Below, in pieces: positions 48,909 through 59,192 of a DNA stretch of 64,000 nucleotides. Numbering within the stretch: position 1 is the first letter of the stretch; the number at the start of each line of letters is the position of its first letter. The DNA is taken from NCBI GenBank assembly GCA_026025075.1, contig JAPEUI010000009.1, positions 62,001 through 126,000 of the forward strand. The letters are read 5' to 3'. Origin of the DNA: Vezdaea acicularis (lineage: Eukaryota). Made by a program: the position numbers and the translations under genes. The notes under the pieces are model-generated. The model made no database searches. It had not been told where the DNA came from and saw only the letters and a list, made by a program, of their open reading frames with translations.

Positions 48909-49547
48909 ATGGAGGGGGATCCTCCTGAAATATCAATCGTCTTGTTAGGCGATGCCGAGTGCGGTAAGTCCACGTTTCTATCGTACGTATTTATTCCACT
49001 CAGACGTACCCCCTCTCCAGCTAACGCTTCAACAACCAGACGCCTATCTCATGGCCGCAACACAGACTTCGGGCCCATTGAGGCCTTAGCACCAACGCTC
49101 CATGATCTAGACCAACCTTTCGTCTACGACGTCAGGTTGTATAACCGTCCGTACAGGTTCCTCTTCAGTGACACCGCTTCTCCCGAGAACTGGACACTCC
49201 TACGACCAGACGTAGTTGTGCTGTGCTATGACATCTCATCGAGGACTTCGCTCGAGAACTTGCAGGCTCTCTGGATGAAGGAGACGATTGCTCACTTCAT
49301 GGCTCGCAGAGAAATGCCTGTCGTGATATTGGGACTGAAGAGAGACCTTCGAGAAGAGAATGATGGCGTCATATATCCCCAGGAAGCTGTGAGGATTGCG
49401 CAGGAGATGCGCTGTGACAAGTATATGGAATGCTCGGCTGTCACTGGAGAACTGTGTCGAGAGGCATTTGAGGACATTGCGAAGACTGCGGCCATGACCA
49501 CGACGAGTAGCAAGGGGTTGACCCAGGCTTCTTGCACACTCATGTAA
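48909..49547 (+). CDS. Atypical Rho-like small GTPase; probable 57-nt intron 48983-49039
   Basis: P-loop GDAECGKS, degenerate G3 DTASPE, G4 GLKRDLR, YMECSA and CaaX box CTLM. GTACGT donor, GCTAAC branch and CAG acceptor. Confidence 0.82.
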   Translation: MEGDPPEISIVLLGDAECGKSTFLSYVFIPLRRTPSPANASTTRRLSHGRNTDFGPIEALAPTLHDLDQPFVYDVRLYNRPYRFLFSDTASPENWTLLRPDVVVLCYDISSRTSLENLQALWMKETIAHFMARREMPVVILGLKRDLREENDGVIYPQEAVRIAQEMRCDKYMECSAVTGELCREAFEDIAKTAAMTTTSSKGLTQASCTLM

Positions 49548-49702
49548 GATACAATCGCTCGAATATTATCCGCGTCACAGAGAAATCCATGGCATTTCAT
49601 AGCGTTTTTGCGTAAATCTATTTCTCAGTTCTATTATACTTCTCTCTCTAATCATATATCGGACCACTTTCGCCACTGCGTCTCCTTGCAATCTTGCACG
49701 AT

Positions 49703-51508
49703 TCAATCATCTCCATCTTCTCCTGCGATTAGCTTCCCCCAGTCGTTGTATATCTTCAGGGGGCCGTTCTCCTTGCTCCAAGGCCCTTTCACATCACCAA
49801 AAATGGCATCTTCATATCCACCGCAGAGATCAGTCCACTCCAAGTATGTCTTCTCAGCCGTCCAGAAGCCCCCTCTTCCACCTCTTGTATCCCATTCAGT
49901 GGTCCTACTAATTGCATTAGCACCCGTAGGTCGCCCCATCCAAGTCCTGAGAAGTGCTCTAGCATGGTCGTGATACCACATGCGTGGCCACCAGCTAGTA
50001 AGATATTCTTTATCTCCGTTGAAATGAAGCAGAGCAGGGACCGTTGGAACGTGAGTGTTGGTGGCTAGGCGCACATCAAACCAGGAATGGTTGCTCGGCA
50101 AATTATCAAGATCCTTTGTGTATTTATAGGATGAAATCGCAGAGTCCCTCAAAGTTGTCTTCGCAATATTCGAGAACGGTGGTGGGGCCTGTGCTACATC
50201 CCTAGGAAGTTTAAGATCATGCCTTGGACTGGTCTGGCTTTCCGAGTATGTACTCAAGAGCGAGCTTCTGTTTGAGTATATGAGGTATAAGATATCATCG
50301 TGCGAATGAGTCATAGTCTGGAAAAGCGCTGACTCGTAATCTAGACCTATGGAGAACTCGTAATTCAGCTCAGGTTGGATAGTCATGTTACGTGGTACAA
50401 TTGTTTGATTTGTTGCATCCAAAGGATTCCTGCCATTCCCCTTCGAAATTTTCAACCTATTTACGGCCCAATCTTTGATTCGGGCCCTAGATCCTCGAGT
50501 CTTTGAGCGGGAAGCCTCTCTGACGTACTCTTGCTCACCAAATATTTCAGCAAATACGAATTGGTCACCAATGACGCCTCTACCTGATCTGACCTTCTGG
50601 ATAGCACTTTCATAGAGGAGACGCACATCGCGAACAGGGCCCATGATGGTCCCTGAGTTCAGAAACTTGGGGCGATTGAGAAATCCGAATTCGTCGCGGT
50701 CAGTATCAGGGCCCCAAGCGTTCCAAGCGAGGGTTGATCCAGGGGTTGAAGAGCACGCTGGATCCTCGTAGGGATTCGGCCAACATAGCTTGTCTGCAGC
50801 GAATACAACAGACTGCCGAAATTTGGACTTTGAAGGCCCTGTGGTATCAGGTGAGAGAGGGGTCTCCTCTAAGCCATAACGGCCTTCTAGTCGGGTCTGT
50901 GCTTTCTCCAACAGCCCATAGTAACGCTTGATCAGTACCTGCGGTGGCAGTTGAAACCAAACATCGTAACCGTCGATGATCAGAACAAGGTCATCGTCCT
51001 TGACTTGTGTTTCATCCGAAAGAAAATTGTAGATGCCTTGGATCTTGCCTTCATGGGTGCCTCCGTCCCAATTGCTGCTCTCAAAGGTCTTGTTGAGGTT
51101 GACTAGGGTCGGAGATGGGTAGCCAAGAATTATCGCCGAGAGAAAGGTTTTACAGAGGTTCTCGTTGCTGCTAGTAGCAGGTACCAACAGATGAAATCCT
51201 GCAACTGGTTTCTTGGCCTGGGTCGTATTTTTTCGTAGGTGTCCTGCAGATCGGACGGCAGACCACTCTTGTGTTAGATAGGGTCCAGAGGTGTTGAACT
51301 TTGCAATCATGTGTCAACGAACGTTAGCGGATACAGTGCTCACAAATTAACTTACGTCTAGTAGAGCTAGGAAGAAAAGGATAAGGAGAAATGCGGAAAC
51401 CAAACTGCTGCTTCTATGGCGGACTCGTGTAATCCGATGCAGTATGAGCCGAGTTGTATCATAGCTTCTCTGGCGAGGGGAGTTATTTTGTAGGCCGTAT
51501 GGTTCCAT
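49703..51508 (-). CDS. Type II membrane GT-A-like protein (similar to the PLOD glycosyltransferase domain); intron ~51300-51355
   Basis: Exon 1 encodes a basic N-terminus plus a hydrophobic anchor (SAFLLILFFLALL). Luminal motifs IDGYDVWFQ (DxD-like), FAADKLCWP, FLNSGTIMG, GDQFVF and LHFNG. Confidence 0.7.
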
Positions 51509-52060
51509 ATTGGAGACTACCTCTTTGCTAGATCATGTCGATTGATCATGGGAGAGACAACTTGACAGGTCTTATGACGGCAAGGACCAGTGTTCGGAGT
51601 CGGGGAACGGCGACACGTGCCGCGGAGGTAGTAAATTTTTGAAGGGTGTCTCATTAATCATCCCTCTTCCAGGGTACAAAGGTATGACAGTCAAATCCCC
51701 TAAATTTCAATGGCAGATCTAGGATTTGGAGACGTAGAGTTTATTCCTTGGATGAAAAAGTGATTGAAACCTGTACTTTGTTCAACTTTCAGTTGGCATG
51801 AGGAGCGGCCTTATCAATAGAATCGAGGGAGATGAACTACAGATAAAAGCCGCGTTGCAGGAACCGCAAGGTAAATAGGGACTTTCTTTGAGGCATATCC
51901 TTTGGCATGGATAACGAAGGCACATGCTCTGTTTATCGTAGCTTATGGCCTGATGGTTCCACGGGGGCACGAATCTTCTGTGTACGGGCAGGCATCCTAG
52001 GCACAGTGCTCTTACTCTGGAATCTAATGCAGATATCACCGGAAGGAAGGCTAGGGTAAC

Positions 52061-53176
52061 TTATAACCCTCCACGCATCTTTTGCAATTGATTGATAAAG
52101 CCATAGCTGGCGTCTTTAGTAGGCCAGCCAAAGCGTCCGTTTTCAGAATCCAATGCTTCTTCATTTCTCCCACCTGCCGCAGTTCGCTTTCGAGAGGATG
52201 TGGTTCTGGCACGAGAGGCTTGTTTTTGCTCTTGCTCCTCCTTCTCCAGGGCCCTTTCTCTTTCTTCGACTATCTTTGAGAGGCTCTCTACAAACTTCAG
52301 TCGCGGCTTCTCTTCGGTTGTTCCTTTCCATACTTTCGTGAGGTTTCTAAGCTCCTCGACTCTAGAAATAGCCGCTTCTAAGGCTTCTAAGCCTTTGTCT
52401 TTACTCATGAGCAGCGTGGTGATCTCTTTTTTCAACTCCTTCGCGATTGCTTGCCCTTTCTCTTCACGACTGTAACTCTCGGATCCTGGCTCTGGCGCCG
52501 ACACTGATATAAACGACGATGTCAAGGACATTTCGGAGGGCGGAAGGGTCCACGCCATAGCATCACCAAACACCTTTATGACAGTATCTAGTCTCTCCTT
52601 TACCAGAGTAAGGGTGCGAAGTTGTGTAATATATGGAGGGTCATCATGGGCTTTGGCCGCTTCTTTATCTTCCGCTTCTCCGCCGGTTACTTTTGAGCTA
52701 GTCCTCGGGCCGCTGCGAATCTCCATCTCCCTTTCCTGGAGCCAATCTTGTGGCTCGCCTTCTCCTTGTGAGAAGTTTGGGGCAAATTTTCTGATATCAT
52801 CCCTCAACCCCTCTGTAAGTGTATCTGACAATCCAAGAGTGTCCCCACGAAGAACTTCAACCTCATAGGCAAGCCTAGAACCGCTCCTCAAGATCTCGTC
52901 TGTAATCTGAGTGAGCGTGTCGGATATTCGGCTTGTAGAAGCATTGAGATGGGAGAGTAGCGTTTGCGTCTGTGTGGAGAGCTCCGACAAGGTTGACGTC
53001 GAGCTAGGTTGATGGGCTTGCGGTTGAGACAGTGAAAGGGTGGATAGCGTTGAGTTGAGGAAGTCTACAGGATCGAATTGAGGTGTAAGGAATTGTTTAG
53101 CAATCTCGTCAGTTCCGTTAGAGGAGGCTGTGGAAGTGCTAGCGCCCAAGTCTTCCGTAACCTGTGAACGTGCCAT
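52061..53176 (-). CDS. Coiled-coil tethering-complex protein, probable divergent COG7
   Basis: FLTPQFDPVDFLN N-terminal motif of CATCHR/COG subunits, followed by the helical stretch TDEILRSGSRLAYEVEVLRG. The COG7 identity is recalled, not verified. Confidence 0.55.
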   Translation of the reverse strand: MARSQVTEDLGASTSTASSNGTDEIAKQFLTPQFDPVDFLNSTLSTLSLSQPQAHQPSSTSTLSELSTQTQTLLSHLNASTSRISDTLTQITDEILRSGSRLAYEVEVLRGDTLGLSDTLTEGLRDDIRKFAPNFSQGEGEPQDWLQEREMEIRSGPRTSSKVTGGEAEDKEAAKAHDDPPYITQLRTLTLVKERLDTVIKVFGDAMAWTLPPSEMSLTSSFISVSAPEPGSESYSREEKGQAIAKELKKEITTLLMSKDKGLEALEAAISRVEELRNLTKVWKGTTEEKPRLKFVESLSKIVEERERALEKEEQEQKQASRARTTSSRKRTAAGGRNEEALDSENGRFGWPTKDASYGFINQLQKMRGGL

Positions 53177-53467
53177 ATTGAGTTTGAATTGTTCTCAGTT
53201 CTTCAGGAGCGCCACAATTTAGGTTTTGGGGATAACGGAATTTGCCGAGACGATTACAGGCCTTGGTGGGGCCTTGGTGGGGCTGCCTAGGACCGCCATC
53301 TCATATGATATCTGTCTGAAGGCAAAACTTTGAGTCTCCCAAAACTTTTCCAGCTTTATATTTGACATCAAGAGGCAGTTTTAGTGAAGGCAACAGAAGC
53401 TAGTTTAGAGTTCCCTCATCGGGCTATTCTTCTAAGTATCCTTTACGGCGCTCTAAGGTAGCAAGCT

Positions 53468-53890
53468 ATGGCTTCGAATAAGGACGAGAAGGCCTCAAAG
53501 AAAGCAGCGCCTGTCGCAGCAGCTCCGGAGGAGCCAATGATCATCGTATATGTCAACGACCGCCTTGGAACCAAAGCTGCGATTCCCTGCCTTGCCTCAG
53601 ATCCAATAAGTAAGGTTCTAAAATTTTCCATACTGTTCAGGCTTGAGAAATTAATTTACGGTTTATATAGAACTCTTCAAAGCACAAGTCGCTGCCAGGA
53701 TCGGGCGAGAACCTCATGAGATCATGATCAAGCGCCAGGGCGAAAGGCCGTTCAAGGATGTGCTTACGCTTGAGGATTATGGGGTGAGCAACGGAGTGCA
53801 GTTAGACCTGTAAGTCAATATCACTACATTCATAATCAAAATCCTATAATGCTAATCAAAGATCATAGGGAGGTTGATACTGGTGACTAG
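53468..53890 (+). CDS. HUB1: Ubiquitin-like modifier Hub1/UBL5; introns 53610-53671 and 53809-53868
   Basis: Spliced MIIVYVNDRLGTKAAIPCLASDPIKLFKAQVAARIG...FKDVLTLEDYGVSNGVQLDLEVDTGD. NDRLG and LEDY are Hub1 signatures. Confidence 0.88.
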
Positions 53891-54870
53891 GAAAGCATTG
53901 TCTGGTTTGCTTGACCTAATATTGTTGCACTGGGATTCATGGTACTCCAAATACGTCATTTGGGTTAATAGAAGCTCTTTCATTCGTGGTCTTCTTTAGT
54001 TTGGCTGTCAAAGGCCAATAGATACTAAATATCAAACAAATGCCTTGATTGTGTTCTTTGCAGTCCTCCGCATGGTGCGTTATTAATCGTCAGGAACCGA
54101 GCCACCATTTCCTGCTGGTGCAGTTGTATAGGGAGGTAAAAGACGATTGATTCCATGGAAACGCATAGTTTGAGCACGCAGAGAGATAGCACTCAAGATC
54201 GCAAATCTCAGTAAGGCTATGATTCGCCCCCAACATGCATAGTTTCCCCTGTAACCAGAGTACAAGCGGTCGATCAAATCCGTATGCAGAGGTTGACAAG
54301 GATTCACGTGTAGCCAATAAGTTGAGCTTGTGCGAAAAGATAGCCTTCAACAGGGTTACTCCCCTTGACAATTCATGTGGTGCTGCGCCAATCGTAAACG
54401 GCGTATCCGTGCGGAGTGGGAGGATTCGATAAGGCTGTCATCGGCTGTCACTTGTGGTGGGTCGGGGCGGGCAACATCTAGAACCCGTCTGACCGCCACC
54501 GATCGCGCAAGAGGCTAAATTTTCTCAAGGACAAATCCCACATCATTTATCATTGGGCCGACCATCCAACACCTGAGGCTGATCAACAACACTCAATCCC
54601 CCTTGAACACTTCTTGGGCTCTTGAAATGTCTCCACCTATGAATCAACGTTCGAAACCCTTTCACTTCTCTTAGTCCGCCACTCCTCTCAATCTCCTTGT
54701 CCGACTACCTTTATCAATTTTCTTCCGATTGTCCGACGTTTGATTTCGGCTTCGGGTTTCGGGTTTCCACAGGCATATCAGGATTTCCTGCTACCTAGAT
54801 CCGCATTTTCAGGCTTAGTTCTGCAAGTCTAAGGCTGGTGCAACCTAGAAAGATTTTCATTGCTGGCACA

Positions 54871-56326
54871 ATGGTCCGAAATCTAGTTGTTCTAGGTGGA
54901 AGCTCGCATCCCGAGCTCAATCGAATCGTCTGCAACCACCTCGGAATTCCGCCCGCAAAGATCCTGCTTTCGAAATTCTCCGTCGGCGAGACAAGAGTAG
55001 AGATCCAGGAGTCTGTCCGCGGCAAGGATATATTCATTATTCAGTCTGGTGGTGGAAGCGTCAATGACCACCTTATGGAACTGCTGATTACAATATCGGC
55101 CTGTAAGACCGCGTCGGCTTCACGTGTCACGGCAGTTCTTCCCCTGTTCCCATATTCACGACAAAGTGACATACCTTACAACAAGGCCGGCGCTCCCCTA
55201 GCTAAAGTCCCAGCCGGTTTGAATAATAATTATAGCTTTGAGAGTCGACCTCAGACTCCGCATCCCGGCCAACCTGAAAGTGATGGCTTGAACGGAAATA
55301 TCGACAGTCTCAACAAGAAGTTGGCAAAGAGCCATATCGAAAGCTCTCCCTCGTTCTCTCCGAACGGAATACAGAAGGCCGCCCGCTTTGCCAACCATGT
55401 GAATGGCCATAGCGCGAAGCGTAGCGACGCTGGAGGTTCCGTCTCGTCGGTGAAATCTTTCGAGCTCGACAATGACCGTAGCCAGACAATCTTCACGAAC
55501 CATGAGATCAATAATGGGGCTACGGCATCTACAGGCTTCGTCCCTCAGCCGGGATACAAGCAATGGGTAGCTCAGGCCGGAACATTGATAGCAGACCTCC
55601 TGACCTGTGCCGGTGCTGACCATATAATCACCATGGATCTGCATGATCCCCAGTACCAAGGCTTTTTCGACATCCCTGTTGACAATCTCTACGCGCGGCC
55701 AATGCTCAAAAGATATATACAGTATCAAATTCCCGAGTGGAAAGAAGCTGTCATCGTCAGCCCCGATGCAGGGGGTGCGAAGCGAGCAACGGCAATTGCA
55801 GACGGATTAGGTATGAGCTTTGCTCTGATTCATAAAGTAAGTCCCGAGTCTGAGTCAGCAACGCTGTTGGAGTCGCCTTCGTTTTGACGTATTTCGATAG
55901 GAGCGACGCCCTACTCAAATCAATGCTCGGCAAAACGCAACCATGATGCTTGTCGGAGATGTTGCTAATCGGACTGCCATCTTGATTGATGATCTTGCCG
56001 ACACCTCAAACACGATCACCCGCGCGGCGAAGCTAGTCAAGAAGGAAGGTGCAACCAAGGTTTATGCCCTACTTACCCACGGAGTGCTGAGCGGTGATGC
56101 CATCGATCGTATCAACGCTAGCGCCATTGACAAATGCATCGTAACGAACAGCATACCACAGGATGAGCATAAGAAGCGCTGCCCAAAGCTGGAGGTCTTG
56201 GACGTTGGTATCGTATTCGCAGAGGTAAGCAAACAACCACCGTCCTTCAGAAAATGCTCATGATGGTAGGCAATCCGTCGCGTCCACCACGGCGAGAGCA
56301 TTAGCGCGCTCTTCCATTGGGACTAG
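54871..56326 (+). CDS. PRS5: Ribose-phosphate pyrophosphokinase with a large non-homologous insertion (Prs5-like); introns 55837-55900 and 56225-56269
   Basis: KFSVGETRVEI.ESVRGKD, PLFPYSRQ, ITMDLH...QGFFDIPVDNL, VSPDAGGAKRA, IDDLADTSNT and AIRRVHHGESIS. Roughly 115-aa low-complexity insert after YSRQSD. Confidence 0.88.
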
Positions 56327-56856
56327 ATGCCCCTGAGCGCCTCACTTCTAAAAGTAGCTTCGAACATTGCATCTAGGGCTTGGCGTTTAGGTTTGGCATA
56401 GCGAATGATGAGAACGGCGGCCGTTTGATTGGTAGGTCCGACGGTCGGTCGTGCACCGTGAAGTCAAAAGCCCACTTCGCTTCGACCAGATGGGTCACAA
56501 CTCCAAAAAAAAATCTTTGCATGGACGCGCTCATTCCAAGTGCTGGCAGGCTGCTTCCACATATAGGCTTTTGAGGTGACTACGTAGATATTGCCACAAA
56601 TAGAGAGCCATAATCTGGAGTGTAAAAAGTGTCTATATTGAAACAGTGACCATGATGGTGATATGAAACTCGTTAAACGGAGAACAAACTAAAAACAAAT
56701 GCAGCCAAGGCTTATCCAACATCTCGGAAAAAGCGACTTGGGCGCCGATACAGAGGTATCTTACGCATCCCTTCTCCCCTTCTAAACCATGCCGTTCTAA
56801 TAATAGTGATGACAAAAAAAAAAGACGCGGAGCGGTGGCTACGCGGCACGCCGGCC

Positions 56857-59192
56857 CTACCAACCAAACTCTTCGCAGAAGAGACTCAGACTCGGTCCTC
56901 TGGACTCGATGCTATCCGCTACAACCTTCCTGACCTCGTCCGTGAGGGCCTTGACGCCACACGCGCCGACGCCGATGGTTTCCAGATCGCCGGAGTCCCG
57001 GATGACGTCCGCGATGAGTGCCGGTATGTCCGGGCGGCCGTAGAAGAGGTGTCGCTTGAGTGGATCGCGGGCGGGGTGTTTGGCTGGGATGACGGATGGT
57101 GTGGGCGTTTCTTCGGGGGAGGCGGTGATGGAGTGGATTTCCATGCTCTCTCGTTGCAGCCTGGGATTTGGTGCGGGAGGGTAGGAGATATCTTCTGTGC
57201 GAGTGGCAAGTGGTTGCCAAAGGAAGCTGTCGTGGGTGATGTTGCTGCGCGTCCCGGAGCGTGGTTGAGGCATTTGGAGAGGAGGCGTGGTGGAGTGAGG
57301 AGAGGCGAGTAGTGGGGTACCGCCGGTGAAGTCAAGACGTGGGGGCGTCCCAGGACTGAGGAATGCGGTGTCGGAGCTGACACTTGCTTGTGAGTCGGTG
57401 GAGACGATACGATTGTGTCTTCCCATCCAAGTTTTAGGGGTCGGAGCAGGCATTGCCTCCATCTCCACGGAATTGGTGGTCATATGGCTAGCTCTGCCAT
57501 CCATCGGTAGATACATCGAGGACCCGAACATATCGTAGCGAGGCAGTTCTGGAATAGCAGTGGCGTCTCTCTTCATACTCGGCATCATCTTCTTTAGTGT
57601 ACCAATGGTGCCGAGCCTAGGGATCTTCTCCCTCTTAGTGATGTGGATGCGGAGATTCACTGCCGAGCCTTCCTCGACTGAGCGGCAGTATTCGGATATC
57701 TCAAGGAGCTGGTCTCGGACGGCATTGAGAGAGCTCGTCATGGGAATGGCCCAGATAAAGTCGAGGGACCTGATTCGCCTTTGTCGAATGAGAGAGATGG
57801 CTATCGGTAAGATGAATGTGATGCCGGAGCCCGCTGCTATAAGTATGACCCGATCGAATGAGTTGAAGTCGGCGACTGCACCGTAAGGACCGTCAATATA
57901 GGCAGTCACTTCCTTCGAAAAGCCTCTGGGCATGTTATCCTCCTTAATTCTCATCGCCTCCTCATGTAGGGCCCGCGTAAACCCCTTCTTCGGCCTGATA
58001 AGGAATTTGATGTTCTTCTTGTTCGACTCTTCAAACTCGTCTTCATCGACCGAAGCAATGGTGAAAGGGTGAGACTGAAACTTTCTCACGCGCGGTATCC
58101 TGAGGAAGGCATGAGAGCCCGGGCGCCAATCAACGTTTCCTCGCGGAATGGTCACTAGAGTGGCGCCATCCGCTGTGACTTCTAGGGTAGCTTTGTGTTT
58201 ATCGGAGTGCTTGTTGTGCCAATACCAGCTGTCAGTCCGTATGATTCTGTCGATTGCATAGAGACTGGCGGCAGCAATGACAGGGTATTGACAATGGGCG
58301 TTGTGAAGATAGAGAGTGACTGCGACAGCAGGAAACAGCACAATATGGATGATGTAGAAGTACTCATACGCGATTCTCTTTAAGAGCGGAAAAGAAAGCA
58401 TCATGATTGTCCAGCAGCTGAGCGCCACAATTCCGAAGATGTTTTCCATATTGATCAGGATGTAAGACTGGTCAGGTACGAGCCGCGAGACAGCGAGACC
58501 AATGGAGATCGTATGGACGACGCCTTCGATCCATGCTACGACGGCGACCCAACGATGGAAGACGTTCAGGCGCTCGTAAGAGTAGCCTGTAAGTCTAGAG
58601 AGGGGTGTGTTCTTCATAGCCAGCAGCAGGAGAAGTGCAAAATTGACCACAGATAGCCTTCGACTTTGTCAGCATTCAGTCAGAGGCCCAGGTGAACGAG
58701 ACTTACCATCCTGTTTGCCTTGCTAGTTGTAGAAGAGGAAGGTCTGTCCTATGCGCCATGAGGCAGAGTAGAACGTTGAGAGCGACATATCCAAGGATGA
58801 TTAGCATGTGTCCCCGTGTTTTCCAGAGCCAGAATCCATCGCGAATGATGAATTGTCTGATGGCTCGGGCTGGACGAGCTAAGGCAATGAAGTCTCTTCG
58901 CAAATATTTGTTCTGGACGTATATGCGACGGAAGAACTTCACGAAGGTGAAGAAGCCTATTAGGAAGCCCACATACCTAAAGAAATAATTAGCAGGAACT
59001 CAACGTGATCTTGGAGTAATATGGGGAGGCTATATTGACACTGCCGGCTCATATAATTCAACTCTCAAGCAGAACTTACGTGAAGAGTATCCAAAGATTG
59101 CGGATGTTTATCGACTGGATGTCCGCCTCGAGCTCTGGTGAGTCGACAGAAAGGGCATGATGCTCAATCTCGAAGTATTTAAGGAAACCCAT
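56857..59192 (-). CDS. Ferric/cupric reductase-like transmembrane flavocytochrome (FRE family); introns ~58976-59079 and ~58658-58706
   Basis: KNTPLS.LTGYSYERLNVFHRW, heme His residues (VHT; YEYFYIIH; LH), FAD motif SHPFTIAS, DGPYG, NADPH motif AAGSGITF, ACG and EEFGW. Confidence 0.9.

Noticed and set aside
19489..53176. COG4 and a COG7-like gene in the same window
   Set aside because: They are 30 kb apart with about 12 genes between them, and the COG7 identity is uncertain.
53259..53283. GGCCTTGGTGG tandem duplication in the COG7-like/HUB1 promoter
   Set aside because: Two 11-bp copies only. Ordinary slippage.
55200..55545. Large insertion in the PRPP synthetase
   Set aside because: Non-homologous regions are an established feature of fungal Prs1/Prs5-type subunits, so this is not novel.
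56403..56520. Possible C/D snoRNA (ATGATGA at ~56405) downstream of PRS5
   Set aside because: No suitably placed CTGA D box or terminal stem. Most likely 3' UTR.
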